Of a stretch of 64,000 nt of DNA, positions 1 through 8,667 are shown piece after piece. The notes beneath the pieces are model-generated. The model was not told where the DNA came from, did not search any database, and saw nothing but the letters and a program-made list of their open reading frames with translations. Every line of letters begins with the position of its first letter. The stretch's first letter is position 1. The stretch lies in the NCBI GenBank assembly GCA_041667185.1, contig JBAYFM010000003.1, forward strand, positions 16,962-80,961, in the 5' to 3' direction. Both the position numbers and the translations under genes were made by a program. The DNA is from Patescibacteria group bacterium. Its GTDB lineage: Bacteria; Patescibacteriota; Patescibacteriia; SG8-24.

Positions 1-269
1 ATCCGCTCGTCGAGTACAAGCGCCAGGCTTACAGCATGTTCAACGAACTCGTCACGGCCATCAACAAGCAGACGGTCTATTCGCTCTACAAGATCGCCAC
101 GGCCCGGGAGATCGCCGGTTCGCTCATGGAGCGCAAAGGCGTCCAGTTATCGGCGCCGTCCAAAGGCGGGGAGAACGGTTCTTCATCCCACAAGGAAGAC
201 AAGGTCGGCCGCAACGATCCATGCCCGTGCGGCTCGGGGAAGAAATTCAAGAAGTGCCACGGGCAATAA
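1..269 (+). CDS. secA: Preprotein translocase SecA, C-terminal part (runs in from the window edge)
   Basis: Frame reads [13 protein letters not shown]...[21 protein letters not shown] (SEC-C motif). Confidence 0.95.
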   Translation, partial: PLVEYKRQAYSMFNELVTAINKQTVYSLYKIATAREIAGSLMERKGVQLSAPSKGGENGSSSHKEDKVGRNDPCPCGSGKKFKKCHGQ

Positions 270-286
270 AAAAAGCCCCGGGCGGT

Positions 287-517
287 TCAGGCGCCGGAGC
301 GTTTGAAGGTCTGTCCGCACTTGGGGCATTTCCGGCCCTTCGGCAGAAGAACTTTGCAGGACGGGCAGTAGAAGCGAAAACAGGTGTCCTGTATATCCGG
401 AAAGAACAGGCAGATCGGGCAGAAACCATCTTTGTCCAGGCGTTCGTCGCAGGGCGGGTCGTCGTGGTGCAGGACCAGTTTGGCTTTCTTTGCGGTTTTT
501 TTCGCAACTTTCTTCAT
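287..517 (-). CDS. Small Cys-rich (zinc-ribbon-like) protein with basic N-terminus
   Basis: CPIC, CPSC, CPKC motifs; AGGAGG SD and TTGACC-N17-TATCTT promoter upstream. Confidence 0.7.
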   Translation of the reverse strand: MKKVAKKTAKKAKLVLHHDDPPCDERLDKDGFCPICLFFPDIQDTCFRFYCPSCKVLLPKGRKCPKCGQTFKRSGA

Positions 518-607
518 TCAGGCCTCCTGTTGATGCAAGGAACGACAGAAAGATAACGCGGCCGCGGCGGCCGGTCAAGAGACGCCGACTATGCTGTGAT
601 ATGCGAT

Positions 608-946
608 ATGAGCGAGAAATTTGAACCGACATCAACATTCGCCGAGAGCGAACCAGCCATCCTTGATCGGCCGGAGTTTCAGGATTTCATCCGGGAGCGG
701 CAGATCCGACCGGAGGACTTACCCCTGGTCGAGGAATTGGCGGCTTTTCCGAAAGACCTGGCCATCGCGGAGCTGCACAACCTTTTCAATGCGAATCACG
801 AACGCAGCGGCCAGGCGTTGGAGAATCTGCTGCTCCACGCGCAGGACGGACAGAAAAAGTCGTTGTACGGAACGGCGCTGCGATTTTTCCAGGCGTACGA
901 CTGGACCGTGAGCTATAATCTGACGCGTCTGCTGGAAAAGATCTGA
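608..946 (+). CDS. Hypothetical helical protein
   Basis: 112-aa ORF with protein-like composition; ATG at 608 chosen over the upstream GTG. Confidence 0.65.
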   Translation: MSEKFEPTSTFAESEPAILDRPEFQDFIRERQIRPEDLPLVEELAAFPKDLAIAELHNLFNANHERSGQALENLLLHAQDGQKKSLYGTALRFFQAYDWTVSYNLTRLLEKI

Positions 947-972
947 AAGCGAGCAGTGATCAATAGGATAGC

Positions 973-1000
973 AAAAACCCCAGCCAAAGCCGGGGTTTTT
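973..1000. terminator. Bidirectional intrinsic terminator
   Basis: AAAAA-CCCCAGC-CAAA-GCCGGGG-TTTTT; stem pairs fully (with G-U) on the minus strand. Confidence 0.8.
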
Positions 1001-1252
1001 ACGTCTCTTCGATAGCATGTGTTCGGAGAGGGTCTCGCGGTCGAAGTTCGGTATCAGGCTAAACAATGTTGCTAGATCCTGCTGATCTTCGGGACTGAGT
1101 GCATCCTGTCGTATGACGACGCGCGAGGTTTTGTACGGACGATAGGTGGAAGTTCGGTGTCAGGCTGATAACAATGTTACTGAATCCTGTCTGGCTTCAA
1201 GGTCCTCAGACCCTGCCAATAGGCAACCAATTTGTCCGTCTCAATTGCACTA
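973..1252 (-). ncRNA. Candidate structured ncRNA with two tandem multibranch units (strand uncertain)
   Basis: Imperfect repeats at 1043-1090 and 1149-1198, each enclosed by a different closing helix; minus-strand promoter at 1259-1287 and terminator at 973-1000; no credible ORF. Confidence 0.55.
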
Positions 1253-1258
1253 GACTTT

Positions 1259-1287
1259 AAGATAGCATATCCTGAAGAAATTGTCAA
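1259..1287 (-). promoter_or_regulatory. Sigma70-type promoter firing into the non-coding repeat region
   Basis: TTGACA-N17-TATCTT with extended -10 TG on the minus strand. Confidence 0.65.
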
Positions 1288-1324
1288 CCTAGCGACCTAC
1301 TTAAGGCTAATCAGGCGCAAAATC

Positions 1325-1900
1325 ATGAAGATCATCCTTGGTTCCGGTTCGAAGTGGCGGGCGAAGATCTTTGCTCAATTAGGGCTAGAATTCGAGACCA
1401 TGGCCCCGGAGATCGACGAAAAAGCCATCCGCCGGGACGATCCCCAGGAGCTGGTGCTGGCCATCGCCGAGGCCAAAAGCCGGGCGCTTCGGGACCGGAT
1501 CCAAGGACCGGCGCTCCTCATCACTTCGGACCAGGTCGTCGCGGTCGGCGGCCGCGTCCTCGAAAAACCGCGCGACGAGGCCGAGGCGCGCGAGTTCATG
1601 CGCCGCGCCGGCGACCATCCGGCGGAGACGATCACCTCGATCAACATCTTCAATACGGAGACCGGCCGGTCGGTCCAGGGCGTCGACGCGGTCCGGATCT
1701 TCATGACCGGTCTTCCAGACGCCGTGATTGACGCGCTCATCGCCAAGGGCGACGTTTTCACCTGCGCCGGCGGCATCGACATCGAGGATCCGCTCGTCCA
1801 GCCGTACATCAAAAAGATCGAAGGCGATCTCGATTCCGTGATCGGTCTGCCGCTCAAATTGACCCGGCAGTTGCTAGAAGAGGCGAAGTCTGGTGTATAA
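1325..1900 (+). CDS. maf: Maf family nucleotide pyrophosphatase
   Basis: IILGSGS..R, IDEKAIR, LAIAEAK, ITSDQV, LEKP, VIGLP. Confidence 0.92.
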   Translation: MKIILGSGSKWRAKIFAQLGLEFETMAPEIDEKAIRRDDPQELVLAIAEAKSRALRDRIQGPALLITSDQVVAVGGRVLEKPRDEAEAREFMRRAGDHPAETITSINIFNTETGRSVQGVDAVRIFMTGLPDAVIDALIAKGDVFTCAGGIDIEDPLVQPYIKKIEGDLDSVIGLPLKLTRQLLEEAKSGV

Positions 1901-1911
1901 TGCGGAACACT

Positions 1912-2316
1912 ATGGTCCTCAAATCCAATCCGCTCGTCTGTCGTTTGCTCGAACTCGAATTGCCGACCGCTGATTTTGCCGTGTTCGGCAGCGGTCCCAT
2001 GATGGCTCGCGGCTGGCGCGACAGCCGGGATCTCGATATCGTCGCGCGCGGCGCGGCCTGGGACAAGGCCAGACAGGTCGGCGTCGAAAGCTTCACCGCT
2101 GACGGCGCGGTGAAATACGTGATCGGACCGATCGAGGTCTTCGATTCCTGGGCTCCGGGCCAGTGGGACGTGAACGAACTCATCGACGGGGCGGAGCTGA
2201 TCGACGGCGTGCGTTTCGTGTCGCTCGAGAACGTCATCAAATGGAAGCGGCTCATGGGCCGCCCGAAAGATCTCGAAGATATCAAGCTGATCGAGGACCG
2301 ATTGCAGCCGAAATAA
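1912..2316 (+). CDS. Hypothetical protein, nucleotidyltransferase-like
   Basis: FGSG...DLD motif and C-terminal GRPKDLEDI. Confidence 0.7.
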   Translation: MVLKSNPLVCRLLELELPTADFAVFGSGPMMARGWRDSRDLDIVARGAAWDKARQVGVESFTADGAVKYVIGPIEVFDSWAPGQWDVNELIDGAELIDGVRFVSLENVIKWKRLMGRPKDLEDIKLIEDRLQPK

Positions 2317-2433
2317 GCCATTCCGGCCCGCCAGCGGCCGCATTGACGGGAACGCGTTTTTGTGTCAATTTGGCAGGTCAGCCGCGCTGCGGCTGGACCT
2401 GTTTTTTGACAATCGACAAAAAAGGGGTCGGCG

Positions 2434-4332
2434 ATGGATATCAACGACAAGCGCAAGATCGCCAAGAATTGGCGCGAGTACCTGGCTGAGACCGGGGAAA
2501 GTCTGAAGGTCTTCCGTTGGGTCTGGCGGGATCTGATCGATCCCGCAAGCAGGCGCCTGGCGCGGCTGATGCTGGCGCTCTCCGTGGCGAGTTCCGTTTT
2601 CGCCATGGCCCAGCCCTGGCTCGTCAAGTGGATCTTCGACGGCGTCATCGCCAGGGACCAGCGCCTGATCGTCCTGGGGCTGGCTGGTTTCCTGGCCTGC
2701 CTGCTCATGCGCCAGCTGTTCCATTTCCTGACGCAGTACTGCCGGGAATACATGTTCGGCGCGAACCACGTCCGCATTGACGAACGCCTCAGTGAACTCT
2801 TCTTCGCCAAGTCGCTCGGCCAGCACCTGCGCGACAACAGCACGCTGTCGGTCGGCAACATGGAGAAGGGGCGCGGCCGGGTCATGCATATCCAGGAGAT
2901 GGTCATCTTCAATTGGCTGTCCGTCCTGCTCAACCTGGCGCTCGCCTTCGTCTTCCTCTGGTATCTGTCGCTCCTGGTCGGCTTCGCGGCCACGTTGCTC
3001 ACGGTCAATTATTTCGTCTGGACGGTCTTCCTCAATCGCCGCTGCCTGGAGCTTTGCGTGCCCGTTGACGCCGAATTCCGGAAGCACAACCGCTACCGGG
3101 TCGAACGCTGGGACAAGATCGAACGGGTCAAGACCTGCGGTAAGGAGCGCGAGGAGACCGAACGCATCGCCGGTTGGCTGCGGGAGATCTTCGTCCGCGA
3201 CCGGGGCTTCTGGCTCTGGTTCATCCGGATGATCAATCTCCGCTCGCTCATCGACGTCGCCGTTCTGGCGCTGATCATGGTCTACGGCGTCTGGCGCGCC
3301 TGGGAAGGCGTCTGGACGGTCGGACTGCTGTATCCGCTGTTCAGCTGGAGCCGCGCTTTCACCGACAATCTCGGGGTGGTCTCGCAGATGGAGCACCAGC
3401 TGAACGCGGCGATGCCTTCGATCAAGTCGATGATGGAAGCGCTGACCGCGCCGTCCGATATCGTCGATCGTCCGGATGCGATCGATCTGCCGGCGTCCGG
3501 GTTCAGCGTCGAGTTCCGTGGCGTTGATCATACTTACGTCGCGACCGGACTCGACGAGGATGCCGCGTCCTCGGCAGCCGCCGTCGCTTCCGGCCGGATC
3601 AAGAAGGCGGTGTTGAACGACGTCAGCTTCGCGGTCGGTCCCGGCGAGAAAGTGGCGCTCATCGGTTCGAGCGGCGCCGGCAAGACGACGATCATGCGGC
3701 TCCTGCAGCGTTACATGGACCCGGAGCAGGGGAGTATCCTCGTTGGCGGCCGCGATCTGCGCGACTATCGCCTGGGTTCCTGGACCGCGGCGCTGGGTTA
3801 CATCGCCCAGCAGCCTCAGGTGCTCGACGGCACCATCCGTTCCAACCTGCTTTACGGTCTGGATCCAGGGGAGCGGGAGAAAGCGACGGATGCCGATCTT
3901 TGGAATCTGATCCGCCGGCTGAAGATCGACTTCGGCGATCGTCTGACCGAAGGCTTGGAAACCCGGGTCGGACGGAACGGACTCAAACTCTCGGGCGGCG
4001 AAGCCCAGCGTCTGATGATCGGCGCAGCGGCCATGCGTCGGCCGAGATTCATGATCATCGACGAGGCCACGAGCAGCCTGGATTCTTCGACCGAAAAAGA
4101 GGTCCAGCGCGGCTTGGCCGAGGTCCTCGCCGGCGACATGAGCGCTCTGGTCATCGCTCATCGCCTGAGCACCGTCCGCAACCTGTGCACCAAATTCCTG
4201 GTGCTCCGGAGCAGCGGTGAAACGGCGGAGAGCGGACCGCAGATCGAAGCGTCAGCCGGTTCGTTCGAGGAACTCTACCGGCTGTCGCCGACCTTCCGCC
4301 GTCTGGCCGACGACCAGGGCCTGAAGCTCTGA
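2434..4332 (+). CDS. ABC exporter, fused permease/ATP-binding protein
   Basis: N-terminal TM domain; GSSGAGKT, LSGGEAQR, IIDEATSSLD, IAHRLSTV. Confidence 0.95.
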   Translation: MDINDKRKIAKNWREYLAETGESLKVFRWVWRDLIDPASRRLARLMLALSVASSVFAMAQPWLVKWIFDGVIARDQRLIVLGLAGFLACLLMRQLFHFLTQYCREYMFGANHVRIDERLSELFFAKSLGQHLRDNSTLSVGNMEKGRGRVMHIQEMVIFNWLSVLLNLALAFVFLWYLSLLVGFAATLLTVNYFVWTVFLNRRCLELCVPVDAEFRKHNRYRVERWDKIERVKTCGKEREETERIAGWLREIFVRDRGFWLWFIRMINLRSLIDVAVLALIMVYGVWRAWEGVWTVGLLYPLFSWSRAFTDNLGVVSQMEHQLNAAMPSIKSMMEALTAPSDIVDRPDAIDLPASGFSVEFRGVDHTYVATGLDEDAASSAAAVASGRIKKAVLNDVSFAVGPGEKVALIGSSGAGKTTIMRLLQRYMDPEQGSILVGGRDLRDYRLGSWTAALGYIAQQPQVLDGTIRSNLLYGLDPGEREKATDADLWNLIRRLKIDFGDRLTEGLETRVGRNGLKLSGGEAQRLMIGAAAMRRPRFMIIDEATSSLDSSTEKEVQRGLAEVLAGDMSALVIAHRLSTVRNLCTKFLVLRSSGETAESGPQIEASAGSFEELYRLSPTFRRLADDQGLKL

Positions 4333-4351
4333 TCGCCCCGTTCTTTCTTTC

Positions 4352-4379
4352 AGCCGCTCCTTCGGGAGCGGCTTTTCTT
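4352..4379 (+). terminator. Intrinsic terminator
   Basis: AGCCGCTCC-TTCG-GGAGCGGCT followed by T-tract. Confidence 0.85.
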
Positions 4380-4513
4380 ATATCATGATCATGAACCGCC
4401 GGTCCGGGTCGTGGTTTGGCGGTGCGCCGGATAAAAAAACGCCCGGCAGTTTTTGACCGGGCGCAGAGAGCGATTGTTTTTCCGTCGGCGAGACGGACGC
4501 GAGTTGTTCCGGA

Positions 4514-4780
4514 TCATCGCCTGACGACGCGGATCTTGCCATCGGCCGTCCGTTCGATGTGTCCGAGCCGCAAAGCTTCGTTCAGACCCTCGCGGATGGC
4601 GTTCAGCTTCTCTTGGTGATACTGCCGCAGGATCTCTTCATCGGTATAACCGATGCGGTGCGCGAGTCCGTCGACTAACTTTTTTTCGTCGATACAGAGG
4701 GAGCCTTCTTTGTTCCGGGACAAGGCGCCGATCTCCGAGGCGATCAGTTCCGCGCTGACACCCAAAGAACGATAGGACAT
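4514..4780 (-). CDS. Hypothetical protein (possible winged-helix-like)
   Basis: 88-aa ORF with AAGGAG SD and minus-strand terminator at about 4433-4463. Confidence 0.6.
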   Translation of the reverse strand: MSYRSLGVSAELIASEIGALSRNKEGSLCIDEKKLVDGLAHRIGYTDEEILRQYHQEKLNAIREGLNEALRLGHIERTADGKIRVVRR

Positions 4781-5029
4781 GATTGTCTCCTTCCGCGATC
4801 TGATTGCGGGTTGCGTGTCTGCTTATTCATTATCACGCCTCCGGGCTTCGGGCAAGCGCTGTTTAAGCCGTTGGAACGGCGATTTTTGGAGGCTGAGGCC
4901 GTCTGATTGCCAGGGAATGTGTTCCGTAACGTCGTTACTTGTTGCCAAAACTCAGCGCCTGAATTAAGATGATTCGCGACTGCGTTTAACTTTAAAGCGA
5001 GGCGCAAGCCCTCTTTTTGTTCTGCCGCT

Positions 5030-7156
5030 ATGGCTAAGATCTCCGTTAAGTCGTTTTTTTCCGCCATCCTGGGAGGACTGGCCTCTTTGGTCGTCCCGAA
5101 AACTCCGCGCGGCCGCGTCCGTCAGGCAGTTGTTTTCGTGTTACTGCTCATGGTCGTCGCCGGCAACCTCAGCCACCCCAAGTATTGGGATGACGCCGCT
5201 GATTGGGTGAACGGCAAGACGGGGATGAAGATCCCGCATTTCTGGAACGTGCCTTACCGCCTCGGACTTGATCTGCAGGGCGGCGCCCATCTCGTCTACA
5301 CGGCCGATGTCCGCAATATCGCGGAATCTGAAAAGCCGGACGCGATGTCGGGCGTGCGCGACGTCATCGAGCGCCGCGTGAACGCTTTCGGCATCTCCGA
5401 ACCGGTCGTCCAGACCAATAAGTCCGGCAGCGACTGGCGCGTGACCGTCGATCTGGCCGGCGTCAAGGATATCAGCGAGGCGATCAAACTCATCGGCGAG
5501 ACGCCGATCCTGGAGTTCAAGGAAGAGAACACTGATCCGCCGCGGGCGCTGACCGCCGACGAACAGAAACAGCTCGCTGATTTCAACGCCGCCGTGACCC
5601 TGCGGTCCAGGGAGGTTTTGGCCAAGGCTGTGAAAGCGGGCGCTGACTTCGGCGCGCTCGCCGCTGAATATTCCGATGACGCCGCGACCAAGGACAAAGG
5701 CGGCGATCTCGGTTTCGTCAGCTCCCAGGGCGAGTTCGCCGCCGCGATCGACAAGATCGTGGCCAAGAGACTGAAGCCTGGAGCGGTGCTCGCCGAGACC
5801 GTTAGCGATGACGCCGCCATCCGCATCGTCAAGTACGTCGCCAATCAGGAGGCTGGCAAAGAAGTCCGGGCCCAGCACATCCTGATCAGCTGGCAGGGAG
5901 CCGAGCGCAGCGAACAGACGCGCACCAAAGAGCAGGCTCAGGCGCTCATCGCCAACCTGGCTTCGCGCGCCACGGCCGCCAATTTCGGCAGCCTGGCCAA
6001 GAGCAATTCCGATGACGCCGGCAGCGCCGCTTCGAACGGCGACCTCGGCTGGTTCGGCGCCGGCGCCATGGTCAAGCCTTTCGAGGACGCCGTTTTCGCC
6101 CTGGAAAAGGGCGGTATCTCGGCCGTCGTCGAGAGCCCCTTCGGTTTCCATCTCATCCGCAAGACCGACGAGCGGCCGCTCTACGAGTATCAGCTCGCCC
6201 AGATCCTGTTCACGAAGAAGACCTCGGCCGACATCCTGCCGCCGGCTTCGCCTTGGAAGAACACCGAGCTTTCCGGCAAGGACCTGAAGTCCTCCTCGCT
6301 GCAGTTCAGCCCGCAGACCGGCGAGCCGCAGGTCGGTTTGGAGTTCAATGATAACGGCAAGAAATTGTTCGCGGAGATCACCCAGCGCAACGTCGGCAAG
6401 CCCGTGGCGATCTTCCTCGATAACCAGCCGCTCTCGGTGCCGACGGTCAACGAGCCGATCCTCGATGGCAGCGCGGTCATCACCGGCAAGTTCACGATCC
6501 AGGAGGCTAAGCTGTTGTCCCGCCGCCTGAACGCCGGCGCCCTGCCAGTCCCGATCACTCTCGAAAGCCAGTCCACGGTCGGCGCCTCGCTCGGCAAGGA
6601 TTCGCTCGACAAGAGCCTGTTCGCCGGGATCATCGGCTTCCTGATCATCGCGGCTTTCATGCTGCTGTATTACCGGCTGCCGGGCATCGTCGCCATCGTG
6701 GCGCTGCTGCTCTACACCGGCATCAACCTGGCGCTTTACAAACTCATCCCGGTCACGCTGACGCTCTCGGGCATCGCCGGTTTCATCCTGTCCATCGGCA
6801 TGGCTGTCGACGCCAACGTCCTGATCTTCGAGCGCACGAAAGAAGAGCTGAAACGCGGCCGCACTCTCGGCTCGGCCATCGACGAGGGCTTCAAGCGCGC
6901 CTGGCTGTCCATCCGCGACTCGAACTTCACCACGCTCATCTCCTGCACCATCCTGTTCTACACGAGCTCCAGCCTGATCAAGGGTTTCGCCCTGACGCTC
7001 GGACTCGGCGTCGTCGTGTCCTTGTTCTCCGCCATCACCGTGAGCCGCACCTTGCTGCGCCTGGTCTCCGGTTGGCGCGTATTCCACAATTCCTGGTTCT
7101 ACATGCCGGGCCTCAACCGCGCGCCGGCCGTGTCTAAATCGGACGACGAAGCCTAA
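5030..7156 (+). CDS. secD: Protein translocase SecD with inserted parvulin-type PPIase domains
   Basis: LGLDLQGG, IERRVNAFGISEP, LNAGALPVP, GMAVDANVLIFER; internal GGDLGF and AQHILI...GDLGWF...SPFGFHLI. Confidence 0.95.
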   Translation: MAKISVKSFFSAILGGLASLVVPKTPRGRVRQAVVFVLLLMVVAGNLSHPKYWDDAADWVNGKTGMKIPHFWNVPYRLGLDLQGGAHLVYTADVRNIAESEKPDAMSGVRDVIERRVNAFGISEPVVQTNKSGSDWRVTVDLAGVKDISEAIKLIGETPILEFKEENTDPPRALTADEQKQLADFNAAVTLRSREVLAKAVKAGADFGALAAEYSDDAATKDKGGDLGFVSSQGEFAAAIDKIVAKRLKPGAVLAETVSDDAAIRIVKYVANQEAGKEVRAQHILISWQGAERSEQTRTKEQAQALIANLASRATAANFGSLAKSNSDDAGSAASNGDLGWFGAGAMVKPFEDAVFALEKGGISAVVESPFGFHLIRKTDERPLYEYQLAQILFTKKTSADILPPASPWKNTELSGKDLKSSSLQFSPQTGEPQVGLEFNDNGKKLFAEITQRNVGKPVAIFLDNQPLSVPTVNEPILDGSAVITGKFTIQEAKLLSRRLNAGALPVPITLESQSTVGASLGKDSLDKSLFAGIIGFLIIAAFMLLYYRLPGIVAIVALLLYTGINLALYKLIPVTLTLSGIAGFILSIGMAVDANVLIFERTKEELKRGRTLGSAIDEGFKRAWLSIRDSNFTTLISCTILFYTSSSLIKGFALTLGLGVVVSLFSAITVSRTLLRLVSGWRVFHNSWFYMPGLNRAPAVSKSDDEA

Positions 7157-7171
7157 CCCGGCGCCACTCCT

Positions 7172-8065
7172 ATGAGATTGCCCATCATCAAATACCGGAA
7201 CGTTTGGTTCACCATTTCCGTCCTGCTCGTCATCGGCAGCATCGCGGCGCTCCTCCTGTTTCCGCTGCGCTACGGCATCGATTTCACCGGTGGTTCCATG
7301 ATGGAAGTGGAGTTCACCGCCCAGATCCCGCAGGTTTCTGCTATCAGCGGCCTGCTGAACGAGGCTGGCTACAAGGATATCGTCATCCAGCCGCTCGGCG
7401 AGAAGGGGATGATCATCCGCCTGCCCGGCGTCGACGAGCCGACTCATCAGCAGATCCTCGTCGCGATGAAAGAGAAGCTGGGAGGCCTCGTGGAGCACCG
7501 GTTCGAGTCGGTCGGTCCGACCGTCGGCAACGAGCTCCGCAAGAACGCCGTCTGGTCGCTCACTCTCGTCCTCCTCGGCATCTGTTCGTACATCGCGTTC
7601 GCTTTCCGCAAGGTCTCGAAGCCGGTGGCTTCCTGGAAATACGGCATCATCACCCTGATTCCGGCCATCTTCCATGATGTGCTCCTGCCGATCGGCGTCT
7701 TCGCCGTCGTCGGCCACTACTTCATGGCCGAGATCAACTCGGCTTTCATCGCCGCCTTGCTGACCATTCTCGGTTTCTCGGTCCATGACACCATCGTCGT
7801 CTTCGACCGGATCCGCGAGAACTTGCTCAAGACGAACGGCACGTTCGAGGAGATCGTCGAGCGTAGCGTCAACGAGACTCTGGCCCGCTCGATCAACACT
7901 TCGCTGACCATTTTCTTCCCGCTCCTGTCCATCTTCCTCTTCGGCGGCGAGACGCTGAAATGGTTCTCGATGGTGCTCATCATCGGCCTCATCGCCGGCA
8001 CCTATTCCTCAGTCTTTCTGTGTGCGCCGCTTCTGGTCGTCATGCAGAAGAAATCGAGCCGCTAG
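7172..8065 (+). CDS. secF: Protein translocase SecF
   Basis: GIDFTGG, VGPTVG, GFSVHDTIVVFDRIREN, RSINTS, GTYSS. Confidence 0.97.
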   Translation: MRLPIIKYRNVWFTISVLLVIGSIAALLLFPLRYGIDFTGGSMMEVEFTAQIPQVSAISGLLNEAGYKDIVIQPLGEKGMIIRLPGVDEPTHQQILVAMKEKLGGLVEHRFESVGPTVGNELRKNAVWSLTLVLLGICSYIAFAFRKVSKPVASWKYGIITLIPAIFHDVLLPIGVFAVVGHYFMAEINSAFIAALLTILGFSVHDTIVVFDRIRENLLKTNGTFEEIVERSVNETLARSINTSLTIFFPLLSIFLFGGETLKWFSMVLIIGLIAGTYSSVFLCAPLLVVMQKKSSR

Positions 8066-8084
8066 TCAGCCAAGCGAATAGCCA

Positions 8085-8118
8085 CTAGTGCCGCCAGACA
8101 CGTGTCTGGCGGCTTTTT
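8085..8118 (+). terminator. Intrinsic terminator after secF
   Basis: GCCGCCAGACAC/GTGTCTGGCGGC inverted repeat followed by TTTTT. Confidence 0.85.
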
Positions 8119-8125
8119 GGTCGTG

Positions 8126-8177
8126 TTGACGGCAGTGCCGGCATTCAGTAAGATCAGCGCGTTCTTTATCAGGAGGT
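8126..8177 (+). promoter_or_regulatory. Sigma70 promoter, boxA-like motif and strong SD
   Basis: TTGACG-N17-TAAGAT, GTTCTTTATC at 8161, AGGAGGT at 8171. Confidence 0.7.
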
Positions 8178-8182
8178 GAACG

Positions 8183-8512
8183 ATGAGAATGCTGGAACGC
8201 GGCAAAAGCCAGTCAACGGTAGTTCTTTTCTCGGATGACGACAGCAGGAATCCTCATGCTGATTCGCTGGACTGCGAATGGTGCGACTCGAAGCTCGAGG
8301 TCACCATCGATGATATCCAGCTGGCCGAGGTCCCTACTGACAACGGGAACGCCGTTCCCTGGCTTTTCGTGGAGTGCGGCAATTGCCACAGGCCAGTTGT
8401 CATTTGCGACGACAAGCTGCCTCAAGAACTGCTCGTGGAGACCTACATCCTCATTCTGTACCGCCTCGACTGCCCCGGCCGTCGGCTCGTTCTTCGCGGT
8501 TCGGCCCCCTGA
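8183..8512 (+). CDS. Hypothetical zinc-binding protein
   Basis: CEWC and CGNC pairs; own promoter, SD and terminator (8504-8531). Confidence 0.7.
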   Translation: MRMLERGKSQSTVVLFSDDDSRNPHADSLDCEWCDSKLEVTIDDIQLAEVPTDNGNAVPWLFVECGNCHRPVVICDDKLPQELLVETYILILYRLDCPGRRLVLRGSAP

Positions 8513-8667
8513 TCTTCAGGGGGCTTTTTTTGTTCGCGCGACGTCGGTCAAAAAATAGGTGAGTATTGGGCTGTCAGCTGATTGAAATTCAGCTTAAAAT
8601 AGGCTATGATTAATTTAGGCTGGCAGTAGCGTGATTTTTTGTGCCAGACCAAGCTTAATTAAGCTTC

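Noticed and set aside
1043-1198. Repeat pair as a CRISPR or TIGR array
   Set aside because: Only two imperfect copies, the intervening sequence is itself structured, and no cas or tas gene is in the window
973-1252. RNase P, SRP, tmRNA or glycine riboswitch identity
   Set aside because: Diagnostic motifs (GGAAAGUC, SRP GGAA loop with AGCAG, tRNA-like ends, GGAGA..CUCAGG) not found
2365-7786. Long antisense ORFs (2365-4161, 5141-7786; likewise 9864-11291, 25598-26602, 40496-42829)
   Set aside because: Shadow frames of real genes in high-GC DNA; no motifs or start signals
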